Source: Eledone cirrhosa (Eukaryota). From it: a DNA stretch of 64,000 nt. Within the stretch, counting starts at the first letter, position 1; each line of letters starts with the position of its first letter. The stretch covers positions 12,710,001-12,774,000 of the forward strand of contig OZ024760.1 of the NCBI GenBank assembly GCA_964016885.1, read 5' to 3'. The notes under the pieces are model-generated. The model was given only the letters and a program-made list of their open reading frames with translations, searched no databases and had not been told where the DNA came from. The position numbers and the translations under genes were made by a program. This document shows, one piece after another, positions 41,204 through 54,600 of the stretch.

Positions 41204-42469
41204 GATGTGAAGCCTTAATATACACACTTTGCTAAAGCGTTGAGTGCTGATTTTTAAAATCAAATTATATTGGAAGGTTTTGATTTAAATAGGAACCCTC
41301 TAAAATGTGATTTTGTGTCATAAACCACGGGCGGTTTGTTATTATTTTTTGGATGAGTGGCAGATTGAACGGAGTTAAAAGAGGGGCTATTAAACGTTCC
41401 CATGGGCGAGGTGGAGCTAGAGGTGAGTACGGCCAGAAAAAAAATATTCCAAAAAAGAAAAAAATTGAGAGAGAACGAACCCAGATTAAAAACAAAGAAA
41501 ATATTGCAAAGGGAGGTTACTCTCACTGTAGTCCCTTAACTTTATGGTAGACCAAAAGGGAAAAAAACGTTGACTTGAATAAGAAATATATGGCTGCTAT
41601 GTCTAACAATTCAGACGTACATCCAGATGAGCAAGTGTGTTCAAGAGAACACTATGACTGCATCATATTAGCTTTTAACATCCTGTACCACACGAAACCA
41701 CACTAGTTCAAAACAACACTTTCACTGCATCACATTAAAAATTAAAGTCTTTGCTACAATTTCTGACAAATTGTCAAACTAATATGTCCGCTAGTAAAAA
41801 AAATACTATAGACATTTTAATTAATACGTGCCAACGAGACTACATAGTTGCTTGGCTTGCTAGAAACATCAACCAAATCTCCTTCAAAATGATACAGCAT
41901 TCTCTGTAAAACATACAATGTGAGAAAAGGATGGAATGGTCGTGGTGGGAATGTCCTCGTATCACAGGTCTATGTTCGATCAATAGATCACCGTTTATCC
42001 GGAGATACTGTACACATTTCGTATTGATGTCAGCGATGGAAGCTGGTCGTGGACTTCCTCCGAGTGGCTGGAAATAACAGCCACATCTCCCTCAAATCAC
42101 AATCCAGAGTCTTAAAACGTGATGGCCATATTAGTAAATTAACAGTCACAGATAGACACGAAATGTTTGAAAAAATATGAATATGATGGCCACGCCTGGA
42201 GCGTCTTTTATCATACATGCATCAGCTCCATCAGGGTTGACGTGAATGTAAACACCTTCAGCGGTTAGTATTTTAAGACTTAAGTTTATTTATTAAATAC
42301 CTATTGTATGTATTAACACTTAGTAGACACATGCCAGTACAGAAGTCCTTACATAGCTGCTGGAACTGTTAGAAATAAGAGCGAAATCTCCCTCAATCAA
42401 AACAAAAAAACTAGACGCCTATCTATACTCATTTCTTAACTAATCTAAGTCTGTCTTGGAAGTTTGTCA

Positions 42470-42715
42470 GGCCACTACTTATCCGGTTTCCGTGGCATTA
42501 AGTAACTGAGTGTACAAGACACTTCCCTGGAAAGGACGCCAGTCCATCGTAGGGTTAAACTCCCCAGCTATTGCTGTTGGTGCTCAGCTGAGTATACTGG
42601 AGCAAAATGAAATAAAAAGTGTTTTGCAGAAGAACACAACACGCAACCCAGAGATCGAACCCACGACATTATGATCGTAAGTCCAACACCCTTACCACTA
42701 GGCTACACTCTTCCA
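42470..42715 (-). mobile_element. Older tRNA-derived SINE with a V-domain-like segment
   Basis: Minus strand: tRNA head (TAGCCTAGTGG, GTTCGATC), then gatggactggcgtcctttccaggg...ccacggaaaccggataag. Confidence 0.6.
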
Positions 42716-43457
42716 CTTTTCTCGTAACTGTTCTATATATAAATATATATTTATATATAGAACAAAACTACAACAACGATTATTAACACAAACACCGTAT
42801 GTGAATCTTCACTCATTAATACACACATATAAACACATACATACATATATTTATATATACACTATGTATACTCGTGTATAATTGTATGTCGTATCATACA
42901 CACACATTATATATATATATCTATATATATATATATATATATATCTATATATATATATATACGCTTCCAATACACACACACACTTATATACGTACACGTC
43001 TTAAAAGTTCGTATGAGTAAAACAGTTTACAAGTGTAAAATTCTCTCGACACCATGAATGAATACACAAACCTGTGAAATAATCAGTGAACAAATTATGA
43101 ATGGTGTTGTGAAAAATGTGCTATATTTACACACACACACACACACTCACACACACACATATATATACCTATAGACATAGATACATATACACGAGCACAC
43201 ATACAGCAGCGAACCGATGAGTAAGCCTCTAAGCAGTCGCTTCAACTGCTAGAGAGAGCAGTCAAATATCCCTCAAAACACACCCTACCATTTCATCATC
43301 GTTTAACGTCTCTATCTTCCACGCTAGCATGGGTTAGACGGGAATTGTACCACTTGAGGCGAGATTGATCGGGTGACCGTGACTCGCTCGTATAGGACTA
43401 TCTGGCAGGTTTTTTACGGTTGGATGCCCTTCCTAACACCAACCACATTGAAAGTGT

Positions 43458-43490
<33 letters not shown>

Positions 43491-43492
<2 letters not shown>

Positions 43493-43679
43493 AACGAGTA
43501 GGACCCCGACGGCTGAGCTCAAGCCGTTTCGACGGCTAATTCTGGACAGGATTAGCCGTCGAAACGGCTTGAGCTCAGCCGTCGGGGTCCTACTCGTTCC
43601 TATTACCCACTCTACTATCCTAAGTATTGAGTACTTTGGTGCGTTATGGTCCACCTGGTTCCTTACCACATCTCCTTCG

Positions 43680-43681
<2 letters not shown>
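43491..43681. mobile_element. Fold-back half-hammerhead element
   Basis: Palindrome 43491-43600 plus tail, (TA)n on both sides. Confidence 0.8.
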
Positions 43682-43733
<52 letters not shown>

Positions 43734-43870
43734 GGAGAGGGATAGAGAGAGAGAGAGAGGGGGTTAATATTGAAAAGGCTCCTACAGGACTAGAATAGTT
43801 TCATTCGTATGAAATCATAAGGAATGCACATATGTATGTGTGTATACACACACACATACCTATGTACATG

Positions 43871-43919
<49 letters not shown>

Positions 43920-44026
43920 CAATTTAAAAAGTTATCTGTCTCTAGTGAAAGGATAAGGTATATTAATAAATTATCAACTTAAGCCAAAATCCCGATTGGG
44001 GGGGATATAAGCTATAAATACAGATA

Positions 44027-44075
<49 letters not shown>

Positions 44076-44219
44076 ATATTTGCATAGATAAGCATATTGA
44101 CTGATTAATCGGTTGTGTCTCTCTGGCTGATACCAATTAGTCAGCCACCGATTATCTTTAATGCAATTGTAACTATGTACTATGTATTATGATATGACAA
44201 TGTATATTAAAAGAACGAC

Positions 44220-45108
44220 GGAAGTCTCCACTGCTACAGGCTTGCACCTGCGGGTGGCTAACTCTGCTCTGATAGCAGTGAGTAGGGGTGTGGTCCTGGG
44301 ATAGACCAAGAACTTTGGAAGTCTCCACTGCTACAGGCTTGCACTTGTGGGTGGCCAACTCTGTTTTCATAGCAGTGAGTAGGGATGTGGTCCCGGGTGG
44401 AGCGCAGGCCAAAAACACTGGAAGCCTCCACTGCTTCAAGAAGCTCTTCTACCACAAACCTATCAGAGGGTTTCCAACTCCACTCCTGATACCAGTGAGT
44501 AGGGATGTTTGTTGTCCGGGGGGTAGCCGCAAGGATGTGGCCCTGGGCAGAGGACAGGCCAAGAATGCCACAAGTCTCCACTGCTACAAGAGGCTCTTCT
44601 ACCACAAACCTATCAGAGGTTGGCCAACTACACTCTACTAGCAGTGAGTAGAGATGTCTGTTGTACAGGGCGAAGTGCAGGCCAAGGACACCAAAAGTCT
44701 CCACTGCTACAAGAGGCTCTTCTACCACAAACCTATCAGAGGTTGGCTATTACACTCTACTAGCAGTGAGAAGAGATGTCTGTTGTACAGGGCGAAGTGC
44801 AGGCCAAGGACACCAAAAGGCTCCACTGCTACAAGAGGCTCTTCTACCACAAACCTATCAGAGGTTGACCAATTACACTCTACTAGCAGTGAGTAGAGAT
44901 GTCTGTTGTACAGGGCAAAGTGCAGGCCAAGGACACCAAAAGGCTCCACTGCTACAAGAGGCTCTTCTACCACAAACCTATCAGAGGTTGACCAATTACA
45001 CTCTACTAGCAGTGAGTAGAGATGTCTGTTGTACAGGGCGAAGTGCAGGCCAAGGACACCAAAAGGCTCCACTGTTACAAGAGGCTCTTCTACCACAAAC
45101 CTATCAGA
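44220..45108. repeat. 123-bp GC-richer tandem repeat with diverged leading units
   Basis: ctccactg recurs at 44576, 44699, 44821, 44944 and 45067. Three earlier variant units keep CCACTGCT...CAGTGAGTAG. Confidence 0.9.
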
Positions 45109-46359
45109 GAGCAGCTGATACTTATAAATAACATATATATAATAAATATAATAAATATTTCATAAGTAATCCTAATTATGGATCTCTTGAGAGCAGATCA
45201 TGTTAACATTCGGTAGATTTTTACAGTAGGGACTAACAGATATCTGAGCATGTAAGATATCAACTGTTCTAAAAATGGAAACAAACATTTTTTTTTTCTG
45301 TTTTTACATTATAATTTACACGTTCGCAAATTTGATCACTAAATTCTATTTTTATTATTTTTAATTTTTTTTTGTTTTTGTTTGACTAAGTTAAGATAGC
45401 AGGAATCCTTATTGGTAGAAAATGATTTCAAATACTTTTGGATAATGTAATTAGAATCTTAATAATTTCTAAATTAATTCCTTTCTAAAAGATCAATCAA
45501 TAAAACATACATCCTTGCAGGTAGATATGAGTGTCATACATACATATATACATACATATATGAGTGTCATATATACATACATATATATATATACACACAC
45601 ACATATATGAGTGCCTCACATTCATATATATATATATATATACATATATATAAAAGCGACAAGCCCACACTGTAAACTGGTCATGTAGATGCCATGACAA
45701 AAAGCACCCAGTACTCACTGAAATTGAGGTTGGCACTAGGAAGGGCATCCAGCAGTAGAAACCAAGCCAAAATCAGTTCTGTATGAGCAAGACATGGTCA
45801 CCTCACCTAGCATTGCTCACAACAGGAGAACTCGTCTAACCCATGCTAGCATGGAAAAATGGACGTAAAACGATGATGATGATGATTATACGAATGTGAT
45901 ATTAAATCTAAAAATTAATGAACACGAAATGGTGATCAAACTCTGTCACAATCAACAGAATGTGACTGTAAACATGATGAGAATTTTAATAAAACATGCT
46001 TATTATTGTTTTTAAAATGTTTATTAAGAAAATTTTAATTTTGAATATTTTCCAGATATTTCTTAAATAAAATTAAGAAAAAAAGGCTCCTTCGTTAGTT
46101 GTTTGATAAAACTCATATCAGAAAAGTTAAAAACACACAACACACATCCTTAAATATATGTGTGAAGTTACATAATTATAGATCTGTGTATGTATGGAGG
46201 TTTGTATGTATTTTACGCTATTTATATAATAAATCTATGTATGAAAGTCACGATATAGTTTCTGCACACATTACAAAAATATTTGAAAAATAAAATAGAT
46301 TCTCTATATATAAAGAACTGGAATTTTTAATTAATGATGTTAATATTCTTGAATGGATG

Positions 46360-46790
46360 GCAATGCCAAGGATGGAATGAGAGAAAAACTGTGTATAAGA
46401 GGAACCAAATGTAGTGTCCAAGAAAGAAGACTGCACTGGTAACGACATGTTAGGTTTATGAATGTTGACTGCTGATTAAAGAAGTGCCAGAAAACTACAG
46501 TAGAGGTAAGCCAAAGAAGACTTGGGTATAAGAAGAATCAAGTGTAGTGTTCAAGAAAGAAGATAGTGGTATCAACATGTGATGTTACTGGATGATAAAT
46601 GTTGGGTGGAGAAGTACCAGGAGTTCCTAGTGGAAGGTAGTTGCAGTAAAGGAAGACCAAAGAAGACCTGGGTATAGGAGGAATCAAATGTAGAGTGAAA
46701 GAGGGAAGACTGCACTGGTATGGACATGTGATGCTTATGAATGTTTGTTCCAATGAAGAATTGTCAGGAGTTCCCAGTGGAAATATTTAT
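46360..46790 (+). mobile_element. Decayed, tandemly reiterated RTE C-terminal fragments
   Basis: RLHWYGHVM and GRPKKTW-like segments recur about 3 times. Confidence 0.6.
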
Positions 46791-47314
46791 TATTGGTACA
46801 GATTAAGAATTAAGAATTTTTGCTTTCACCCTAAGCGGGATCATCTGAAACATGAATGTCAGATGATACCACTTATGGGGTGTATATATATATCATCATC
46901 ATCATCGTTTAACGTCCATCTTCCACGCTTGCATGGGTTTGAACGGGAGTTTTCCCACTTGAGGCAAGATTGGTGGGAAAACTCCCGTCCAAACCCATGC
47001 ATATATATATATATAAATATATATATATATGTATATAGAATTACTGGTGTTGGTACCAAAGCAAACACTCTATGCACAGACAGAGTGTATATAATAGAAA
47101 AAAAGAACAAGAAAGTTTCGTTTACATATAAAATATATTTATTGCCTATTGACCTATTATATGCAAGGTTACCTATAGTAGTTATATAGCTCAAGGTTAC
47201 CCATAGTAGTTATATAGCTCAAGGTTACCTATAGTAGTTATATAGCTCAAGGTTACCCATAGTAGTTATATATACTGTTCATAATAGATGAGAAAAAGTA
47301 CTCAATGCATGGGG

Positions 47315-47355
<41 letters not shown>

Positions 47356-47392
47356 CATTAATAAAGATGCTGATGTTACATAAATCATTTAT

Positions 47393-47476
47393 TCATTATA
47401 TTTCAACGGTTCTCTCATGCAATCAAGATGTAATTCATGCATTTGTTGGTGTTATGAGAACGGTATCCTCAGATGA
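47393..47476 (-). ncRNA. Type I hammerhead ribozyme with long stem II
   Basis: tcat-CTGAGGA-taccgttctc...gagaaccgtt-GAAA-ta-TA-atga. Confidence 0.72.
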
Positions 47477-48035
47477 TTTCGATTTTGTGATATGGCGCCG
47501 GCAGGAAAAACATGTCCATCTGCTCCTGCGTCAGCAGACATACACATATATATATTTATATATCATCATCACCATTTTACGTCCATTCTTCTACACTAGC
47601 ATGGGTTAGACGGGTTGTCCTATTGTGGGCAGTGTCCAGTTGGCTGATCTTGTTTTGCTCATACGGGAACTGATTCTGGCTTGATTTCTACAGCTGGATG
47701 CCCTTCCTAACACCAACCTCATTTACAGTGAGTGCTGGGTGCTTTTTTGCCGTGGCACCTACACGACCACTTTACAGTGGGAGGGTGTGGGGGCATATTG
47801 TCTATATGCTTCAGCTTGTACCCATGGGAAGTCGGGTCTTCTGTACTATATATATATATATATCAGTCTGATCAAGCAAATATGAAACTTAAAGTATCAT
47901 TGGAGGACATGAGCCAAACACACACACACACACACACACGCAACAGTTATCTGCGTGTTCCCCTGTCTATGACTCGGAAATTAGAAAATTAACATCCACA
48001 AAACCATATATATACACACATATATATATATATAT

Positions 48036-48375
48036 GGAGGCACATGGCTTAGTGGTTAGAGCATTGACCTTGCAATCGAAAGGTTGTGAGTTCAATTCTA
48101 AGACCGGGTGATGTGTTGTTTCCTTGAGCAAGACACTTTATTTCACATTGCTCCAGTTTACTCAGCTGTAGAAATGAGATGATAGGGACAGAGGTCCCTA
48201 TCATTCCACTGCAAAGTGGTCGTGGAGGTGCCACGGCAAAAAAGCACCCAGCACTCACTGTAAATGAGGTTGGTGTTAGGAAGGGCATCCAGCTGTAGAA
48301 ATCAAGCCAGAATCAGTTCCCGTCCCACCCTTGCAAGCAGGGAAAAAGTGGACGTAAAATGAAAAATGAAATGAT
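48036..48375 (+). mobile_element. SINE family A, full length
   Basis: A box TGGCTTAGTGG, B box GTTCAATTC, RTE-like tail. TA-flanked. Confidence 0.9.
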
Positions 48376-48753
48376 ATATATATATATACACACACACACA
48401 CCAAATGGAATGTATGAACAAGACGTAATCAACTGATCTGTGTTGTCTCAGAACGTGACAACCCATACAATCTTTGCCAACATGGAAGACAAACATACAT
48501 CAGCGATGACGAAGATGATGACATACAAACCAGTGTTTATGTATATATGAATATATATATCTTGGGACGTACGTGTGAATGTCAGTGTGTGTGTATGTGT
48601 GTGTGTGTGTGTGGGAGGGTGTCTAACTTTTTTAATACATCTTGTAGAGTACAAAAGTATGTCTATGTGTGTGTATAGGTAAAGGCCCCTCCGTGGGTCA
48701 CAAATAACCAAGAGATTTGCACCCAGAAAGTTCCCCACCGAGGCACAAGTATG

Positions 48754-48796
<43 letters not shown>

Positions 48797-48989
48797 CATA
48801 CACAGGAAACATGGAATCATCATGGATGGAGAGCCTTTAATCAAAGGGCTGATGGTTCGGGAAAAACCTAGGACCAAACACAAGTATTTATAGACAGATA
48901 GATAGATAGATATGTTTCTTTATTAGCCACAGGGGCACAAAAGAAGGGGATAAATACAAAGGATAGATAGATAGATAGACAGTGTGTAT

Positions 48990-49630
48990 ACATGTGTCCA
49001 TGTATATACGTGTGAATGTGTGTGTATATACGTACGTGATTGCGTGTTTACGTGAGACTGTATGACTGTGTATATACGTGTGACTGTGTATATACGTATG
49101 TGACAGTGTATATATTCGTATATGACTGAGTGCACCCGTGTGACTATATATACGTATTTGACCGTGTATATATATATGTGTGTGACCGTGTATATATATA
49201 TGTGTGACCGTGTATATATACGCGTATGACAGTGTATATATACGTATGTGACTATATATATACGTATATGACTGTATATATACGTATGTCTCTGTATATA
49301 TATATATATATATACGTATGTTACTGTGTATATATATACGTATATGACTATATATACGTATGTGACCGTGTGTATATACGTATATGACTATATATATATA
49401 TACATATATATACGTATATGACTGTATATACATATACGTATGTGAGTGTATATATACGTATATGACTATATATATATATATACGTATGTTACTGTGTATA
49501 TATATATACGTATATGGCTATATATACGGTGTTACTGTGTATATATATACGTATATGACTATATATACGTATGTTACTGTGTATATATATACGTATATGA
49601 CTGTATATATATACATACGTGACGGCGTGT
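48990..49630. repeat. TATACGTATGTGACTG-type minisatellite
   Basis: About 30 degenerate units. Confidence 0.85.
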
Positions 49631-49890
49631 ATATAGGTGTATTACAAGAATAACCATATAAATTACAGATACATCCCGTCCATTCAGCTTCCACACAGTT
49701 TACCGTCAACCCAGTTAAATTTCACAAACAAGGCTATCTTAAATCTACTTATGTCGATAGGGGTAGAATATATACACTCATATATATATATATATATAAA
49801 GTATTTCCGTAGAAAAGGTAAAGGAAAGAAGAGTGCTCTATGTATTGTACAGAGCTATTTAATTATGTAATAAACAACACAATATAATTA

Positions 49891-49963
49891 TTCCATTTAC
49901 CAAAGGTTTCACGAAGACAGGCGACCTCAACAGAGCTGTCCGAAGTCGTTCATCAGAAAGGAA
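49891..49963 (-). ncRNA. Type I hammerhead ribozyme
   Basis: ttccttt-CTGATGA-acga..gacag..ctgtc..tcgt-GAAA-cctttgg-TA-aatggaa. Confidence 0.84.
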
Positions 49964-49977
49964 AATTTAATATAAAT

Positions 49978-50014
<37 letters not shown>

Positions 50015-50016
<2 letters not shown>

Positions 50017-50207
50017 AACGAGTAGGACCCCGACGGCTGAGCTCAAGCCGTTTCGACGGCTAATTCTGGACTCAGAATTAGCCGTCGAAACGGCTTGAGC
50101 TCAGCCGTCGGGGTCCTACTCGTTCCTATTACCCACTCTACTACCCTAAGTATTGAGTACTTTGGTGCGTTATGGTCCACCTGGTTCCTTACCACATTTC
50201 CTTCGTT
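50015..50207. mobile_element. Fold-back half-hammerhead element
   Basis: Palindrome 50015-50126 plus tail. Diverged relatives at 50400-50525 and 52740-52800, collapsed copy at 50544-50693. Confidence 0.8.
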
Positions 50208-50692
50208 ATATATATATATATATATATTCTACCCCTATAGTTTGTATTCCCAGATATGATTATAATTAAGCTCTGAATAGATTCATCTCTGTTAATTCTT
50301 TCAAAGAGCAAAACTTGGTATCGGTTGGCTATCTTTTCATCTATCTATATATCTATATACTTGTGTAAAGATGTATATATTTCTTCAATTAATGTATATA
50401 GCTGTCGAAACGGCCAGAGCTCAGCCGTCGGTGTCCTGAATCTTTTCATATCAGACATTCTACTACCCCAAGCATTGAGTACTCTTGTGGGTTATGGTCT
50501 ACCTGGTTTTTTCCACACCCTTTCTGATATATATATATATATAGGAACGAGTAGGACCCCGACGGCTGAGCTCAAGCCGTTTCGACGGCTAATTCTGGGT
50601 CCTACTCGTTCCTATTACCCACTCTACTACCCTAAGTATTGAGTACTTTGGTGCGTTATGGTCCACCTGGTTCCTTACCACATTTCCCTCGT

Positions 50693-50731
<39 letters not shown>

Positions 50732-51284
50732 AAAAGGTAAACAGAAATAACAACACGGTACAGTATATGGAAAGAATATATTAGGTTAACGCTTGAAATG
50801 TCAGGAAGAGGGTCTTAACGTTTCGGACGCTAGTCCTTCATATATGTAGAGAGAGTTTGACTATAATATCAATATTCCCAACAGTAGTGTTGATTGCTCT
50901 TTTTCGTTTGTTTTCACACATGTACGTAAGTGTATATGCACCTATACATGTGTGGTTGTGTATAAAATGTATAAATACATATACATGCACACACACAAAT
51001 ATACACATAGATTCATATATATACATATACACACACACACACACACACTGCGTATCCACTCCTGTAGAAGACAGTTCTATATTAAAACTGATGTTTACAC
51101 TATACTTATGTATCGAGCACCTAACTGTGGTTACACACACACACACAGACACACACACATATATATATATATAGCAGCATCCCTATTAATCTGGGATTTC
51201 CTATTTAAGAAACCCCTTTATCGCATGGAATGGAGGGGTCTTTCGCTTAGAGAATTACATGGGAGGTAGCTTATACATTCTAGC

Positions 51285-51319
<35 letters not shown>

Positions 51320-51320
<1 letters not shown>

Positions 51321-51497
51321 GTTATTCCGAGTTGAGTCGGAGGTAACCACAGTAAGTAAGGTACTCAATACATTGCAGAGTATAAAAGTTTTAATATAGA
51401 TGAGATTCTACAGGACTAGAACTGTTTCATTCTTTAGAAATCATTGATTTCTAAAGAATGAAACAGTTCTAGTTCTGTAGAATCTCATCTATATTAA

Positions 51498-51502
<5 letters not shown>
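51320..51502. mobile_element. Fold-back element with apex inside the hammerhead core
   Basis: Arms 51389-51502 meet at ATCA-T-TGAT. Each arm reads TGA-stem II-GAAA-cag...ctg-TA-gaa. Tail with tactc...gagta. Confidence 0.78.
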
Positions 51503-51542
<40 letters not shown>

Positions 51543-51693
51543 CACACACACACAGGGTGTTCCCAAAAATGTATACACACTTCAACAGCATTCTAATAAA
51601 TATTGCATGTACAGGTAATCAAAGTGTGTACACATTTTTGGGGACACTATGTGTGTGAGTGTGTATATATTTATATGGTCACACACATATGCT

Positions 51694-51776
<83 letters not shown>

Positions 51777-51923
51777 GCATATGTGTGTGACCAAATAATT
51801 TATCCCCAACCAGTTCAGAATCGGTCATAAAGCAAGTACTGTTTCCGGCATGTGTAGATTTCTGTGTGTGTATATGTTGAAGAAGAGGGATGAATGTTTA
51901 TGTCTAGGCAGGAAGTATTATAC

Positions 51924-51963
<40 letters not shown>

Positions 51964-52295
51964 TTAGTTATATGTAAAACTAATGAGTTGCTTGTCCCCC
52001 AACTCCCAGATTCTCCTCCACCACTGCCATCATGAGAACTATGCTGGAAGGGGTCACAGTTGTGGTAGTTCCCTTCGCTTTTTTCTGAATACATATACAC
52101 ACGCATATCTCAATATATATTATATACACACACACATATATATATACACACACATATATATATATATACACATATAATCGAAATAAAACGATCTCTCTCT
52201 CTCTCTATATATATATATATAGACATATATACAAACACACACACATATAATCGAAATAAAACGATCTCTCTATATATATATAGACATATATACAA

Positions 52296-52330
<35 letters not shown>

Positions 52331-53443
52331 CAAACACATATATATACACACACATCTCTCGATATATATACATATATACATAGATATATATTTGAATGAA
52401 ATGTTACTAGTTAAGACTAGTAAGACCATTATTCGACTTAGTACTCTATATGCTCAAGAAAAGTATAGTAGATACTATGTGTGTGTGTGTGTATATATAG
52501 TATGTGTGTGTGTGTGTATATATATATAGTGTGTGTGATGGCCTCTTTGTCCGTGTGATAACTTTTTTCTTTTTCTAGATGGGTAAGCAACGAGCCAGCC
52601 TCTCCTACATTAGACGTACACCACGGCATGCAACACAGCACCCGTTGCACCCACCCTGTCTATATGTGTATATATATATATATACACACACATACATATA
52701 TATGTATATACATACAGAATAATCAACATACATACACACATAGTTCGGATCTAGTTGTTGAAACGGTAGGAGCTCAGCCGTCAGGGTCCCGAATCCTTCA
52801 TACATACACACACATATACATACTACATACATACAAACACACACACGTATATTTACATATCTACATACATACACACACACACACACACATATATATATAC
52901 CAACACACATATCTACATGTACAGAGTCGCCAGTGATCTGAGTAAGGGGGTATAGGGAGAAACTAGTGATGTTTACATCTCAAGAATTTGATATGTGGAA
53001 AAAGAGAGAGAGAGAGAGGTTGAGGCGAGGAGTGTAATGGAATGAAGGGGGGAAGGAGAGAGGGCTGGGTGACAAATGCCAACGGTTTTCTTTGTATTAA
53101 GACAGAACAAGTACTCGCTAGATATACTTCTGTTGTCCCCTACTTTCTAACGAAGTATAGGCGACCAAAAGACCAAAGAAAATCTACTCTAAAAAATAAG
53201 TTAGTTGTGTTAAACGACCATACAACGATAACATATACTAGAATAAATATATTTGATATCTAATAAATTTAACATAACGAAGAGTTAATTTAATTTAATT
53301 TTTTTTTAAATGTTTCAGTGGACGATTACAGAGTATTAAGAATTAATGGTATTACTGTTAATATATCTCTCCCATATTTTGCATTCTTTTTGTCAAGGTT
53401 TGCTTCCCTTCCGAATCCCTCTTTGGGGTTTTCTATAAACGCA

Positions 53444-53875
53444 ATGTTTGTGGGTCCATCTGGAATGTTTGAGGGATTCTGCTCCCTCATGACCCTCTTA
53501 GGAATAAGTGGGAGAAGAAGAAGAAGCAGAAGATTCCCATTTTTGCTTTAAGGGGTCTTATGGATATATAATCTATTTCAGTCCATCTGGAATGTTGGAG
53601 GGACTCTGCCTCCACGACCCTCTCAGAAATAAGTGAGAGAACAAGAAAAAGAAGACTCCCATCTTTGCCTTTAGGGGTCTCGAGATATGCAACGTTTGAG
53701 GGACTTTGCCCCCCATGACCCTCTAAGGAATGTTGAGAAGAAAAATGAGACTCCGATTTTTCCCTTCAGAGTCTGGGTATATACAATCTTTGAGAGTCTA
53801 TCTGTAATATCTGAGGGACTCTGTCCCTCAAGACCCTCTCGGGGTTGACGACGAAGAAGATTCCCATCTTTGTCT
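53444..53875. repeat. Diverged about 110-125-bp tandem repeat x4
   Basis: Recurring gagggactctg..catgaccctct..ggaat..gagaagaa..gactccc. Confidence 0.75.
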
Positions 53876-54389
53876 TAAATAAATACAAGCGCTGGGCTGT
53901 AAAAAGTAACAAGGCGGTGACTGAAATATTTTCAACTCTTAATTATTAACAGCCAAGTTGTTTATCCTGGCACCGATTATTAAACCGATGAATTGATAAT
54001 TATTTCAAAGCTCGACAGTAAATTACATTACTGTAATAAAACTGTTGTTGAATTTATCGAAGCTGCCCCACTCCTTAAAGAACCTATTTATTCTCTATAT
54101 ATTAATTAATGGTATATACATATATATATATATATATATCAGACCCCTGCCAACCTCTAGAAATACAAATGGGTAGTTCCATGAAAAAGGGTGCCCCAAA
54201 ATTGGGGGATTTTACACACACACACACACGCGTATACATACATACATATACATACATACATACATATACATACATATATATATACATATATATATATATA
54301 TAATCAGACCTGTCAACTCTCCCCGTCCGCCGGGGCGATCACACACCCACTATGGGGTGGGTGAGAGATGTCTTCTCTGATAAAAAGGC

Positions 54390-54424
<35 letters not shown>

Positions 54425-54430
54425 ATATAA

Positions 54431-54600
54431 AATTAGTTACAACGTTGTCACGAACAGGTACTTAAGTTTCGTTGGGTTACACCCCCACACCCCAGCTGAA
54501 TGAGTTAGGGGTGTCTAACCCAGTGAAACTCAAGTACCTGTATATGTCGCTGTTGTAACTAATTACACTTAACTCGTTCTATGAACTGAGTGTTGGGCAT
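54431..54600. mobile_element. Older fold-back element with hammerhead 3' halves
   Basis: Imperfect palindrome 54431-54564. Arms carry GAAA-ct(t/c)aag-TA-cctgt. Tail cacttaactc...gaactgagtg. Confidence 0.6.
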
